A stretch of DNA of 64,000 nucleotides from Marsupella aquatica. Its lineage: Eukaryota > Plantae > Marchantiophyta. Each line of letters opens with the position of its first letter. Position 1 is the stretch's first letter. Positions 12,301-26,486 of this stretch are shown one piece after another. The translations under genes were made by a program, and so were the position numbers. Where the stretch lies: contig OZ316897.1 in the NCBI GenBank assembly GCA_973895155.1, positions 15,251,375 to 15,315,374 on the forward strand, in the 5' to 3' direction. Under the pieces are notes generated by a model. That model searched no databases and was not told where the DNA came from. It saw nothing but the letters and a program-made list of their open reading frames with translations.

Positions 12301-13809
12301 GCACATGTGCCAAGTCAGCTAAATATAAGTGATGCAAAATCTTTATCCCAACTCTGTGACAAGGGTTCTTAATTATTCTTCTCTACATCATAATCTGTTT
12401 GAGGCTGGGAATACCACACACAATGAGTTATCTTAAAGAATATTGTTTTGCTGATCTATGTAGAAAGGATAGTCCTAAGAACTTTTCCTTACCATTTGAC
12501 GAAGAATTTCGGTTTGGAGGCTTTATTTTGAGTTGCTTTACAAGATGTCAGGGTAGTGCCAACTTTCTTCTAGTCTCCAAAGATGTGAATTGGAAGCAAC
12601 AAACTCAGCCACTTTTTGCGAAAAGTTGCAGAACTAATTTGGAGAGGTGGAATTTTGCCACTAACAAAAACCCTTGGCTCTAGCCAAAGAACTACAAGAT
12701 GTGATTTTCAGGTGATTGAAGCGGGTCCCAACCTGTCTCTTAGCAAGTTATTCCAGCACCACTCGCTGCAGTTAGCTTTACAAGACTCAACGGTAAAAAA
12801 AAATATTCCAAAATTGTTATTCTGGCCCTGATACACCATCTTCAGGATCCTCGACTTTGCTTTGGTGAAAAGCAATCAGAGTGGCCCCACCTTCTTGTAA
12901 AGCCAGCCTGGGGATATCAGAAATCTTAAATTATGATACAAGGTCCCACTCTTTTATAACTGGTCGTCTTACGAGCTTTACACGTAGGAGGGCCGAAAAA
13001 CTAATGGAATCGAGGCAAAGAGAAGGGAATAAATCAAAAAGGTGATTACTTTAGTGTGAAGGAAAGAGTGCACAGTTTTCCAAGCAAGAAAACAAGGGAG
13101 CAGCTAATACACGAGTATCAAAACCGACCATGCTTAGTAGCATCCATGCATCCCTATGCTATCCGTGCATAAGAAATGATCCTCCCTCTACCATATATGT
13201 ATGTATAGAAAGTAGCACATGATAGTCCCATGTAATAACAGGAGTTTAATTTTGCAGGTAACTATTGCATAGTGTAATCAATGAGCAACAGGAGACCAAA
13301 AATAATGAGAAAGAGGGAAGGGGGGTTGCGGGGGGTGGGTTAAGGTTTAAGAGGAAAACAAGGAAACAGAAAACAAAAAAGGAAAGATAACAAGAAAAAT
13401 AAATGATTTGTTGTACTGTTGTGGTTTTGTTGCAGTTTTTTTGCACCATGACATTTTTTATTGGATGACATTTTTTGTACAATAAGATCTTTTTAATAAA
13501 CAAAATATTTTACATAATGATATACTTTGCATCATGATATTTTTCTCAAGTACATCTTTAGCACAGTGTCTATTTACACAATGATGTCTTTTACTTAATG
13601 ATATCTTTTGATTAACTACATATTTTATTTAATGATTTTTTTGGTACAATAATATCTTTCACTTAACTGCATCTTTAAAACAAGGACATTTTTTTGCAAC
13701 AACATCTTGTGTGTAAAGATGGGATTGAACTCATATCTGTGGAACAAGAAGTGGCCCTCCTCTAGTGGCCCCACCCTCTTGTAAAGCCACCCTGGGAACA
13801 ATCGTTGGA

Positions 13810-13955
13810 ACAAGAAGTGACCTTCGAGAAGTCTTGCACATCACTCCCCATATCTTTAGAAGGAAGAGTGGCCACATCTCTCCCCATATCTTTAGAAGGA
13901 AGAGTGGCCACATCACTCCCCATATCTTTAGAAGGAAGAGTGGCCTTCCAGAAGT
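13810..13955 (+). repeat. 33-bp tandem repeat (CACATCACTCCCCATATCTTTAGAAGGAAGAGTGGC-type, about 3 copies)
   Basis: Directly visible; explains the repetitive ORFs between 13731 and 14046. Confidence 0.85.
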
Positions 13956-15266
13956 CCTGTACATTCACTAATGCCGTCTTTCTAGGGCCACGAGCCTTCG
14001 ACAGGAAGTACTGTAAAGCGCCATAGCATGCACAGTTTAGGAGCAATCAGTTGATTCGGATGTGCCATGCTGGAAAGGAGAACCATGATGCATGCAGGAA
14101 AATGATGGCTACCCTAAAGAGCGTTAAAATGCCATTATAAAATTCTGTCACCAAAATTCGTTTGACTGTGGAAGTGCGAAGTCTTCTTTGCGTTGAAACC
14201 CCCATTTTAGATTGAATCGAAAAAGTGAAGTTTGTTCGAGAGTTAATGGAGAGAGCGGTGTACTGGGAATTTGGTGAAAGCACGAAGAGCATGCAGCGCG
14301 CTTGACATTTGTTTGGGATTAGTAAGTGCGGGTGGTGTGCTGGTGAAGCACAGAGAGGATGCAAGCTGGTTTTGAGGACTTTTGTTTGGAAATAGTGAAA
14401 AGAGTGTTGTTATTCTGTCGGAAGCTCAAAGTGCAGGCAGCTGAGTTCGAGGATATGTGATTGGGAGTAGTGAATAGAGCTTTGGTGTTGTGTGCAGCTG
14501 AGATCGAGGATATTTGTTTGGGAATAGACAATAGAGCGTTCTTGTTCCGTTAAAGCACAAAAAGAAGTTTAGCTGGGTTTGAGGATTTCAGTTTCGGAGC
14601 AGTGAATAGGGAGTCGTTCTACTATTGAAGTACAACGAGAATGCAGCTGGGTTGGAGCTTTGTTTGAGAACTGTGAATAGAATGTTTTACTTTCAAAGCA
14701 CACGGAGGATGAAGCTGGGTTTGAGTATTGTTGGAGAACAGTGCGTAGATCGCCTTTTTATGGTGTCAAAGAGGATGCAGCGCTTTGAGAGATTTGCTCG
14801 AGAAAATAGCGCAGAAATGAATCGTTTCAGGACGTGAATGAAGAGTATGGCACCCTGGACTGGAAACACAATCGGATGAATGGGGAAGGACTCGTGAAAT
14901 GGAGATGACTACTACAGATAGGAAGCGGAATGAGATTCTGGAGGCTCGAATGAATCGTCTTACAGTACTCTTCTCTTCTCGTTATCATTGGAGCGGTTGA
15001 AAACTGGCGTGGACGGAGGAGAGGACTGAGGAGAATGGATATCTTGATCGATGTATGAGGGTCTGAGCACGAAGAGCATTCTCCGTTTCCACCTTCCCAC
15101 GAGTCTGGTCAGTTTGCCTTCCTCTCTGTTCCCCGTCAACCATCCTGGCCTTGGATGAGCCGCACCTCACATTTCATTTAGAACAGATTTGTGTTGTCTT
15201 TCCAGTTTTTCAGATTTGTGGATCAAATGTGTCGGTGGATCAAATGTGTCGTTCGTGATGCCAATA

Positions 15267-15415
15267 CAGCGCTGTTCATTCCATGTACCGAGTGATTCGG
15301 CGGCGGCAATACCATCGACTCTTCTTCCCTTCTAAGCTAGACAGCGCTGTTCATGCCATGTACCGAGCGATTCGGCGGCAGCAATGCCATCCACTCTTCC
15401 TTCGTTCTAAGCCAC
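15267..15415 (+). repeat. About 75-bp tandem duplication upstream of the F-box CDS
   Basis: acagcgctgttcat(t/g)ccatgtaccgag(t/c)gattcggcggc... occurs twice in tandem. Confidence 0.85.
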
Positions 15416-15888
15416 GTCTGGTCTGAGATTTGGGAACTGTATCTATGGTATAGCTGGCCTAACCGGTCTCGAGTTTCTTCAAACTTATCCTTCCTAGCAA
15501 ACTCTTGGTGGATCTGGGGGACACAGTTTAGTCTTGCTGGACTCTGTGTCTCTTCCTCCGGTTGCTTCCCGTAGGTAACGTGCATTCATTTGATTGTTAC
15601 CCACTCGAAATTCGAAATTCTTCCCGTATTACTAGTAGCTTTTAGTCAACGCTTTCCTCTCCTTGTCTAGACGAATGCTGAAAAGCCCAATTTGACTCGG
15701 GTGGGCCATCATTTCCTTTGATTATCTCTTTCTTACATTGTTTGATCCCGAGCACCATTGTGTTCCGTTGTTTTCACGAACGAAAAGTGCTCACCGGTAA
15801 TGCCTCCTGACTAACTCGATTGCTCCCACCCGGACGATTCTCTTCCAGATGCAGTGTTTCCTTCGAAGCTGAGGAGGTTATAGAAAAC

Positions 15889-18474
15889 ATGGATCACAAT
15901 GGCAGTTCATCCTGTTTGTATGACAGCTACTCTCAGCTGCAGCGTCCTGTGGAGGGTGTGCAAGAGGCCGAAGCCATTGAAATGGTGGTAATGTGCGACA
16001 ACCATGATTCGGAAGCATCAGCATGCAGCGGTGGGAGTGATTGGGCTGAGCTGATACCGGATGCGCTGAGTGAGATCTTCCAGAGGCTTCCTTTCGAGGA
16101 CAGGTTGAGAGTGGTTCCACAGGTCTGCAAGAGCTGGAAGGAGGCGTCTTATAATCCAGCGTGTTGGACAGTTGTGGATATGGAGCCCTGGTTGCACAAG
16201 AAGGCGGAGGAAGACTATTGGTGGGACTTCGAATGCGAATCGAAGGTAGACCATCTCGTCAAGGTCGTTGTCGATCGGAGTTGCGGCCGGCTACGCGAGC
16301 TGCGGACCATGCATGTCTCAGACATTTCTACTGACTATATAGCCGAGAGGTGCGTTTCAATGCAGTTCGTGAATTTGATCAAACTCTGGCGTTTAATAAA
16401 ATGTCAACCTGATGTTGTTCTCGAGTAGTCCTCCTATCCTTGCGTACCGTAACAATGAGGCGATCTCTAATGAAGTTCTCGAGGTCGAGATGTATACCCT
16501 ATGTAGACTATATACAGGGTTCTCTTGAACAGAGGCCACCGGGGGTTGTCCAATTCATAAGGCAAGAGTATCGTTTAGCTAAGAGGTTCGCTTTGATCCG
16601 AAATGTATTACGTTGAACCTGGGACATGCATTGTAGGGCTTGTCTTCCTCCTTTTCTTTCAACCTATATCCAGCACTTTTTGTGAGGTGATCTAGGGAAT
16701 TGATTAGTCATATGTAGCGAGTCATCTAGACAATTTTATTGTCTGGATTATCAGTGGGGTTTCCAATCCGGTCCTGTAGTGGGATTGGCTAAAGAGGTGT
16801 GTAACTTTGAGACTACCTGTGGGATTCTCTTGGTCAGGGTCAACTGGTGATTTCAAACAATGGCTAATTTGGTAAAGGAACCACCTAATGGTTTACAGCT
16901 GTTCAAAATGGATCAGATTGGAACGAAGCATTCATTACTTTAGTAGGTCTCCTCCTTCGGGTTCCCTGATCTCATTTTGTGAGGAGATCTCGTCTCATCT
17001 CATCTCATGAGTTGTACATCATTTGGATCACCTACGGGTTTCTCTTGGTCATTGACCACATGGAGGTTTTCCAACCAAGGGCTTGGAACGCCGATGGACT
17101 ACCTAAGTGGTGTCCAACTATACTGAACGGATTACTTGCCTTGTACCGTGTCTCAGTGTTTTTTTTAGTGGCGAAAATTCGCTAGATTCCACCTCCCCAA
17201 AAATCCTTCGCCACTTTTGGCTAAAATTCGCTACTTTTTTGCTGTCTCATTAGCCAGTGTTCCACCTAATCCCAGGCCCCTTTAGCCAGAATGTAACGGT
17301 CCGCCTTAAATCTAGGGAGATCTGACGGTCAAGAACATAATTGAATACAGAATCTTTTGAGCATCTTCTCCTTGACGCACTTTACATTCGCCACCTTGGC
17401 GAAAAAGTGAAATCCTTAAAAAAAACACTGCCGTGTCTCCTCTAATCCTGAGTGATGGAGCAGTTTTTGAGGACATTTATAGAGCTGAGTAATGATCCAT
17501 ACAGGAGTATCAAGCAGTTTGTGATGAGAGCTGGAGAACCGATCATTTATGTCAGTGAATCATCCATGGGTACAGCAGTCATTCCGACCAGCTAGAGGGT
17601 TCTGTTGGTCAAGGATCATAGGGATTTAGCAATGAAGTCCTCTAGGGTGTACACCACTTGGACTACCCATGGCGTTGTCTTTGTCTTGGGCCAGATCAGT
17701 TACTGTACTGGGGTTTTCCGTCACTGGCCAACAAGGCAAATTTATCTTCTAAGTGATCTGCTTCTATCCGAATAATATGGGTTGCACCCATTAGCCATGT
17801 GATGCATTGTGGTTCACACTCCTGATTCTCAGACTAGTATCTAGCAGTCAGCGAGGAGATCGTGAGAGCTGAACAGTGTTGACGGACAATCTGTTTTGAC
17901 TCGGACTGACATGTGGGTGGACAAGTGACGTGATATTGAAGCTCACAAGTGTACATCTCTGGATTTCTGCAGATGTCCATTGATCACTGTCCTATCTATC
18001 CCGTACAGCTTGATGGTCACGAACAAGTCGGCTTTCAATCTTGCCACGAGCAGTCCGAGACTACAACGGCTGGACGTCAGCGATTGTTACAATATTTCAA
18101 TGTCGGCTTTAGAAGCTTTCGGACGCAATTGTCCTTCACTCGACTGGCTGAGTCGCAATATGCTGAAGCACAATGAATCCACTCCTGGACAATCGTCGCC
18201 GGGTGGGGATGAGGAAGCGCTAGTGATGTCCAAACATATGGGGCGATTGAAGCACCTGGAGCTGAAGAAAACAAGTTTGTCGGACTTGGGATTGCGACAT
18301 CTGGCAACTGGGTGTCGAGAATTGGAGAATCTCAACCTTGCCTGCTGTACATCTTTATCTCCAAGAGCGTTGGACGATGTGAAGAGGAGTTGCTCAAACC
18401 TGAAGACGTTTACGAAACCCATTACTCCTCGTTTGCATGTCACCGTCGACTTCCATATGGTCCTGTTCGAGTGA
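15889..18474 (+). CDS. F-box/LRR protein (SKIP1/FBW2-like); exons 15889-16349 and 17973-18474
   Basis: F-box DWAELIPDALSEIFQRLPFEDRLRVVPQVCKSW, then VVDRSCG, LDVSDC, GRNCPSL and LRR repeats. Phase-2 GT-AG intron joins IAER|CPLI. Confidence 0.92.
17154..17430. mobile_element. hAT-type MITE in the F-box intron
   Basis: TIR CAGTGTTTTTTT/AAAAAAACACTG with a perfect 8-bp TSD CCGTGTCT on both sides. A decayed relative lies at about 56220-56300. Confidence 0.9.
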
Positions 18475-19215
18475 ATTCGTTTGAACTCGTGTTGGAGTCT
18501 TCTTCAACTTATACCATGTACAAAATGGTTGGCAACAAAGCCGCCTTCACCTTAGTGACGAGATTAGCTACAGGACTATTCATTCTTTTCCTTTCGTCAG
18601 GCACGTGACGGATTGAAGGTTCCACAGTGTTTCTCCCACTTATGGACCACAAAAGACAACAAAGCTCAGAGCTCGACATCGAGGAATTCTGAGATAGCAG
18701 GAGACTGGAGTTCACTGACTGGAACGAACTCGTCAGAGCTCGAAAGTCGTTATTACAGTGGGAATTGTCAGCCAACACAAGGGCTCCTTCGGTCACAGGG
18801 CTTATGTTCCTGACTTTTCTGTGTCGTGAACTGATCCCACTCATTGTGACAGGCGGTGTGAAACAGGGATATTAAGGCACGTATTCCCCATTGTGCCGTG
18901 CCTCTGTGGACTACATTGTGCTTAGCGAAGGTTTCTGTAAAAATCAATGTCAAAATTGGACGATAGTTCTCCGAGTTGCGGACGTATTCACCTGTGGTGC
19001 AAACGCTACGCATTTCCGCCGTGCAGTATCCTGATTACTTTTATATAGTGCACAAGTGACTCCTAAAATGCAGTGGTCTTCACCAAGCTGGCGAGAGATT
19101 GCCGCTCGTAACTCACATCAAGGATGGTCGACAATTCCCTTGCTAGTCGTCGCCCCTCTTAGATTCAAACCTTCGATTAGGTTGGCGATGTCTCAATGTG
19201 TAGCAAGTGGAACCA

Positions 19216-19412
19216 TGTGGGTGGATCCCAAATCACATTTTGCTTAGAGATCCTTAGAGCAAGGAGACTGGTGGAAATCAGAACAGCCTTTCCTAGGAGT
19301 ACGCAACTAATCATGTCGGTGGGTGGGCCCGAAATCGCATTTTTCTATAAGATCCTAAGAGCAGGGCGACTGATGGACTCTCAGGAAAGCCCTTCCCAGG
19401 AGTACGCAATCA
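19216..19412 (+). repeat. Diverged tandem duplication of about 97 bp
   Basis: Two copies of ggtgg..ccc.aaatc.catttt..gatcct.agagca...caggagtacgcaa. Confidence 0.7.
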
Positions 19413-19595
19413 ACCGTGTTGGGCGCCAACTCTATTTAGAGCGAACGATGGGATTTCATACTTGTGTTACACTGTAATCAATTAATCCATAGTATTCACA
19501 TCGTCTGTAATCTTCCGAAATTATTGCTAACCGATCAAAAAGTCGGCAGGTGAACAACTGGAACCTACACCTACAGTATTTCCAGTCTTTTGACT

Positions 19596-19872
19596 TTCGG
19601 CATGACCATCGATGAATGCGAATGACACAAAGGCTATAATGGAGTCCGAGAACAATTGCTTCAAATCCAGTATTCCGTTAATCAAAATTTTGGACAGTGC
19701 TGTCGATGAAACCACTTGATTCTTGATTCAAACCTTCAGCATGACCATCGATGAATGCAAATGATAAAAAGGCTTTCATGGAGGCCGAGAACCATTGCTT
19801 CAAATCCAGTATTGCGTTAATCAAAATCTGGACAGTGCTGTAGATGAAACCACATGAGTCTTGCATCAAACC
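19596..19872 (+). repeat. Tandem duplication of about 139 bp
   Basis: catgaccatcgatgaatgc...ggacagtgctgt.gatgaaaccac occurs twice. Confidence 0.9.
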
Positions 19873-20417
19873 TCCGTTTCACGCACTCATCGACAAAGTT
19901 GAAGGCACGGTGGAGAAAATTACACTGTTCAACATTGAGAACTAGAACTCCTAAAAATTGTATGAAAGCCGTTTGTGTATTCAAAGTTATGCGAGCTTGA
20001 CATGAGAATAGCCCAGCTTAGGAGCTGAAGGTCGATTTCTGAAGCAACAATGCGCTGCATCCAGTCAGCCCAAAATTTACAGGACTCTACCCCAACCAAA
20101 GAGCTGACAATAATGGAAGCTAGAGTTCACAAGCACTTCGTTTAGTATTCACAACCTTCCCTAAACCACGATCTTCGGCACTCATCCCAACGACACGTTG
20201 TCGGACACCCGTGTATCACTTGATGGCATATGCCTTAATCCTCTTTGATTGATGCTCATTGGTTCTATGCTCCATAGTGTTTTCCTACAGTCTAATAGCA
20301 AAATTAATTGCCAGGACAAATGGGATAGAATATTACAATGCTTCGGTAAAGCCACCAGCCCGTTGGATCGCTTGGTTTACAGGCTTTCAAGAGCAAAGGG
20401 TCCAGACCATACCCACT

Positions 20418-22579
20418 TTACTTATTGCTGGTCAATTTCGATTGTATGTTGTTAGCTAGATGAGGAAGAGTTTTGATATGCTCCTTCAAAGAGGACCCCA
20501 TACACCTTTCCATCTGTTGAACTTTAGCATCATCTCCCTCTATCGACCCCCCATAAGCTTCGACCTTGTCACGACATGTCAAGAAGCTTCGCTCTAAGCG
20601 CTCCTGCACACCGACAATGCCGGCAAAATGTAATCAGGCAATATACAGCTGGAGTAAATTCAGAAAAAAATGCCACAATCACCAACACGTAGATTCGACA
20701 GGAAGTGACGAACAAAGTTATACATAAAGAATACAAGAAAGGCTTATATCTTTAGCTTCAATAAGACGCGAGGACAGGAGGATAATAATTAGTTCACTAC
20801 CAAACCTACTCAAAAGTGCATCGACCAAATTCCATACACAAATATAAGTTGCCTAAGAAGTGATGAAGCGGGAAGCGCATCCAGATCATCAGGAAACAGC
20901 GTAAATGTATACCTTCAATGAGACGCGAGTACGTGCCCATAAAGTACTTATGTCAATCTAAGGCAAATTGAAATCAGGGCACTACAGAACCTACTCAAAA
21001 GTATATATTATAATTTCCAAAAACGCAAACATGTAGATTCCCCAAGAAGTGATGAAGCAGAATGCACATCAAGAACATCGGGGAACAGCATATATATGTG
21101 CCTTCAATGAGACACAAGTACGTGCAATAAAGTACTTATGTCAATCTAAGGCAGTAATTAGTTCACTAATATATACTAAATCTACTCCTAGACTCCCGGA
21201 CTACAGTGACAATAAAACTGCCGCACACAAACTTTGTATACAAGAATTATTTTTCCGATAAAATCTCACAATTAGTAGAGAGTAACTCCGACCATGTCAA
21301 GAATGAAGACTAACAGTGTACAATGATTACTTAGATAACAAAAACTGACTGAAGAATATTGGTTGCAAAATACCTGAAACCTAGCCAACTCATTGTCGAC
21401 AACCACCTGAGCTCTTTGCACAGGAGCCTGGCACCTTTGTAAGCAGTTCTGAATGTTATCCTGGGAGGCTTTCTTGTTGTTGAAGCATTTCAATCCACAC
21501 TCGTAAAACGATCTCTGAAGTGACAAGAACCATCCGGAAGGGATCAGTCATAGACTAAAACTCCTTGGGACTACTCATCACCATGAAACGTGTTCAAAGA
21601 GGAGAACGAAGACCCTGTGAGGAGAACGAACACGGCTGTACAGATATTGAAAGTAGCCATCCTCAAAGCTAGTAACGCTGATTTCGGGGCAGCGCCACAT
21701 GAAAACCATCCCTTAAAATGGTACAACCTTTACTCTAATCCTCAGGAACAGGGTAACTGGTTTTATCCACATCAATGCGCTACATTTTGAGAGGTTTGCA
21801 CTGCATGAATAACCTCGCCAAAGGTCGAAGCAGCAAGTATATAGATGTGACTGTCATTCGCAGTCGGTTTGATGGAATTGAAGGTTCTGCCAGGGAAAAT
21901 TCCGAGAACGAAGCTTTTTCGAAAGAAGATGTTGGACAAAGAAATTGAGGCAGTTCTGTGGCCAAAAGATGACACTGAAATGCCAACACAAACAAGTCGT
22001 TCCCAGTCGTTTGGTATAATTGGGCATTCTAGAAGGATACCAAGTGAAAAACGTTCCGCGAAAGGCAGTGCTTGGCAATAAAAGCGGAGCACTTCGTGCA
22101 TAAAAAACAAGACATTAAAATTCTATCACAAGGTTAAACCCCAAACCTTTGAGCAGATTCTAAAACAAAGCGAGGTCTCCATATTCCACGTGATTGCCAC
22201 TCTCCATACGTATTTCTTCGTCCTAAGACTGACAACATAAAGAAGGAACACCAACGACTTGAATGTAGGTCATTGAGGCAATGCCAAGAATCATCACCTT
22301 GCCAGACACCAGCATAATTGGACCGAATCACGGGATATCTCCCCTCCGTGCGCCCGGGAGGCAGGAAATCCAAATGTCACAGAGGGCTGGACAAATGAGA
22401 ATCCATAGCCGAGAGCGAATGAATCGATGAATGGAAAGGTAGGGTTTATCACACTCAAAAGGAGCAGAGGTTTCAGTCCTGACCTGAAGGTTGAAATATA
22501 TATGATATTGGATCGGCGACAACGTTTCTTCCACAGCATCCTGCACAGTTTTCATCAGCTCACTCATCGACTCCCCCAT
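20418..22579 (-). CDS. FAM136A / DUF842 family protein; exons 22579-22484, 21514-21374, 20603-20418
   Basis: LSPIQYHIYFNLQ|RSFYECGLKCF...NCLQRCQAPVQRAQ..NELARFQ|ERLERSFLTCRDK...HIKTLPHL. Twin CX3C motifs and phase-0 GT-AG introns. Confidence 0.92.
20850..21155. repeat. Diverged intronic duplication (about 110-bp core at 20852 and 21042)
   Basis: aagaagtgatgaagc...ccttcaatgagac.c.agtacgtgc..taaagtacttatgtcaatctaaggca occurs twice. Confidence 0.8.
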
Positions 22580-23365
22580 GGTCGCTGTTGTTCGAGTGAG
22601 CAGAAACACGCCAGGATCTCAAAGTGAGGTATCAACTATTCATCCCTCACAACCAGCTGAAAACAGAGCCGAGCAGAAGACACTCGGAGCACAATCCTCC
22701 ACACTACAAATCCTCCTCGAACCTCGAATGCTTTGCTTGAGACCCAATTTCTCTCACAACTTCACCGCTCATGAATTGAGATCTAGGTCTGGACATCATC
22801 GACTCCTGACTGTTATCCAAAGGGAGGTTATTAGGGTTTTGGCCTTGAGGGCCAAGCTCTGTGGGGACAACGCATTGCTGTCCGATTCCATTGGGCTGCC
22901 CTCACCCCCATTTCTCGTCCTCACTGCCACATTAATTTTGGGAGGCCGCAAAGAGAAAGTGTGATTGTTGGACTAGAGCATGGGTGCTCAACTCTCTAAA
23001 CCATCGCCTATAATGTCAGTAAGCAGTAGGGCGTCTCACATATGAAAAATTTATTGAAAACACGGGCTGCCCGAGACGCTGTCAGGCGCACCGCGACAGG
23101 GTTTATGCAGGCGAAGATTTCCCGGGGTAGTCAAATATGAGACGGGTCGCGGGTGCAAATGGCCATGGGTTTTGAGTTAACCATGGTTAACTCAAACAAA
23201 TGAACGACAACATTTTTGGACGAGTTCCCTCGCTGAATTTTTTGAAAGCGCCGCAAATGTTTTGAAGTTCCATGAATGCATTTGCTGATTTTTGCAACTT
23301 TGAAAATTGGAGTTCCCTCGCTCAATGCGCGGAATCTGAATTGGTTCGGATCTACATTAGCGAAG

Positions 23366-24800
23366 ATGGCATTTACAGGCAACATGTCTCCGCTGAACAA
23401 TCAAGTTCTTCAGCATCCAGATCGACCTCGCTATTCACCTGGTGAAGTTGTGATTCTGGACTCTCAGCTTCCTGAAGCCGGAGTCGACATACAATTGCCA
23501 GTTCCAGCAATGGCCACAGGCGGCGATAATCGGAAGCTCTTGCCACAGCATCTCGCACACATTGTTGATTGGTTGGAAGTACCTGAGAACTTTGCCATGC
23601 TGAATGGGACGAGTAGTCGGCCGTCTGTCACCGGTAAACATCCTCCGAAGAAGACGGTGTTCAAAAAAATGCTCATCGACCTTCATGACGTTGGGTTCCC
23701 CAAATTTGTGACAACAGGCGATAACCTTGGCAAACGGTTTCAGAGTTTCATCAAAAAATACAAGGAGGCACTGGCGATAAAGCGAGACTCTGGTGCTGGA
23801 TTGACAGATGCAGAGTTGAGGCAGGGTCTTACTCTGGCCAATAAGTATGAGAAGATTTGCCCTCATTTTGAGCGGATGCATGCCATTTATGGGGAGAGGG
23901 CGAATGTTTCACCTCCGAGCACAATCGCTGCTGGTCTGCCAGGTCACGTGAATTGTATGTTGATGAAGGATCTGATGATGACGAGGTGCCTCAATCCGAA
24001 GTGCCAACTCAAGATCCCCTGGATTATAACGATCTGCGTAAGTTCAAACTTTAAATCCCTCAAATCCTGAATTCTTCAATTCTGCAAATTTACATCTTCT
24101 ACAATGTGGGAGCGCAAGTTATTTAGGCCTTTCAATTGTATGTTGTAGGTGATGAAAATTATGATTTTGCTCAAACTCTATCGGACGATGACGTCGATGC
24201 CTTTGATGCTGCTGCGGGCTTCAACAACGTACCTCAAGAACCAGTCCTTCCCACACCAGGTGACCACCAATCACCCCCTGCATCAAGTTAGCCTACTGTG
24301 GAGGAACCAATGTCCACTCCAGCACCCACAAGGTCACAAGGATGAAGCAGAGGCACTAACTCTGCTCATGCAACTCCTACGAACTCCACTCATGCAAGTC
24401 CTACTGTGACTCAGGAACGAGGTGCCCAACGACCCAGACAGGGGAAGAGGCCATCAACCACACAAACCTCGTCAAGGCCCAATCTTGCTGAGGTGTATGT
24501 TGAGAAATTGGCAGAAAAGAATGCCTTTAGGATTCAAATGATTGATGCCAAGGACAGATGGCGCGGCCAAGAAATTGCAGATCGGAAGGAGGCCAGAGAA
24601 GCATATGCCGCTAGACAGAAGGAAATGCTTGATACCCAATCTGCAGAAGTGGCAAGAAGAGAACGGTTCAACGCAAACAAGAGGAGAAACGAGCCAGAGT
24701 TGATTTGACTCACCAGCTTGCTATTATCAAGGCGCAACAAGCCACAGTTTTGTTGACTGAGCTTGTAAGGCAAAATCGGACCGCAGAGCAATTTAGGGAA
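23366..24800 (+). pseudogene. Harbinger-associated Myb/SANT-like DNA-binding protein, degenerate
   Basis: HIVDWLEVPENF..KKTVFKKM..LGKRFQSFIKKYKEA..SGAGLT..KICPHFERMHAIYGER, then acidic and coiled-coil parts. Frameshift at about 23945, intron about 24038-24148, stops from CAG>TAG and CGA>TGA changes. 3' end approximate. Confidence 0.75.
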
Positions 24801-24999
24801 TTCAAGGCCATTATCGACAAAGGGGCTACGTTTATCCCCGACTCGGCTGGCCCATAAAGTTCTGCAATTATGGTCAATTGTGTTGGAGTATGACATTTTA
24901 TTCCATTTCTGACATGGAGTTATTTACAAATGCTATGGCACATTTCCCACTTCTCGACGTTGTATTCCTACTTCACACATATAATAAATTCACAGCATA

Positions 25000-26486
25000 G
25001 ATCGTAAATAATGGTACCAAAGCTCTGTTTTTGACACACGTACGAGCAGTACCTGTCAAGTGCTTCACGAGTCTTGACAGGGTAAATCTCAGGTGCCGTA
25101 GGGGGCATCGACACTGCAAGGTTGAATTACATGTGACATTCCCACCACGGCCCTATGAAACGCGTGGGATGGGAGGGAATCCAAGGCCTTCGAGGTGGAC
25201 ATAAAATAGTGTGCTCAGCCATAGCCAACTCCACCATTTCACAATCCACCGACGAAGTGTATTTTGCATACGAAATCATAACATTTGGATTAAGACGTTG
25301 TGTTCTTCTTTCGCTTCTTCCTTTGCGCAATGGCTCCTCAAACACGCTCGGCCAAAGCGAGTTCTAAGTTGGAAATTCCTCCAGTGCCAAGTTCAGAGCT
25401 GGCCATTGTCATAGGCTTGACGGGAGGCTTGAGCGACCACGATGAGCCAACAAAAGCTGAAAAGGCAACGACGTGCTACTAGGAGACTCAGATTGGAGAG
25501 GGAGAAAGAGTAGGAAAGGGAGAAGGAAGCTCGTGAGCACTCCGACTAAGAGCAACACAGCACTTTGGGTCCCTCTCTGTGAAGCAATGAAGCTCAATGT
25601 GGCCGCATTTTGTACTTGCTCGTAGCGTTAGCAATAGTAGTAGTAGTTAGTAGACAAGCAATGTCTACAGTTAGCAATAGCAATAATAGTAGTAGACAAG
25701 CATGTGGTCCTAACGCTACCACTATGTTCACGCTTTATGAACCTATAAACATTTTGCAATAATATTCGGATTCATTTGAAGCTTCCATTCATTGTGGACC
25801 ACTTGTCCCGTTTATATTGTGTATGTATACCATACTTCGAAGCAAGGCTTGCACACAAATTGCACACTTGACGTACTTGCAAAACGAGTTCAAAATTATA
25901 TACTTCGGGTGTTACAAGGACGGCCTCTGCCAACTTCAACGCCTTAAAATACCCTAAGCCCCTTGCCTAGTGGGAAATAGCACGAAGTACATGGGGCCTG
26001 GTAGCTACAGACTTCGAGGCAGAGTTCGAGCCTTCAAAATGGTACCTAAACCCTAAGCACACAACAAGCGGTCGGGCGTCATTACTCCTTCGAGTCTCCA
26101 TTGACTGAAATCTTTTGGCACTCCCACTTGTCTCCGCCTCTCTTAGAGCAGACCTTGCTGTTATCCACTTCCCCCGTCCCATCAACTTGTGTCAAGTTGT
26201 TTGACGTCTCCTCTACAAAATCCTCAATCCTAATGACTGGGAGGTGCGCCATACAGGGCTGCATTCCCTCCAATCGTTCCTCCCTCCCAAAAAGCGCAGC
26301 CTCTATGTGTATGAGGGCGAGCTTGCTCTCGACCTCCAAGACTTGCACACCACGAAATGTTGGGTCAAAATTTTCAACATCACCAAAAGTAGTCTGGAAG
26401 GAAAGACAAGGGCCCAATGGCCATGTGGGGAACCCTCAGATTGCAATCCACATGGATGCGTCGGTTACCCCCTCCCAACGTGCCAT
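25000..26486 (-). pseudogene. Degenerate cargo gene of the transposon with PWWP-like and WRC-like motifs
   Basis: MARWEGVTDASMWIAI*GFPTWP (TGA probably from CGA) and VCSKRGGDKWECQKIS, with a possible downstream YC*RY. 3' extent uncertain. Confidence 0.4.

Noticed and set aside
20855-21155. Duplicated intronic GTGATGA motif as C/D snoRNAs
   Set aside because: The C-box-like motif is antisense to the host gene and no matching D box is present.
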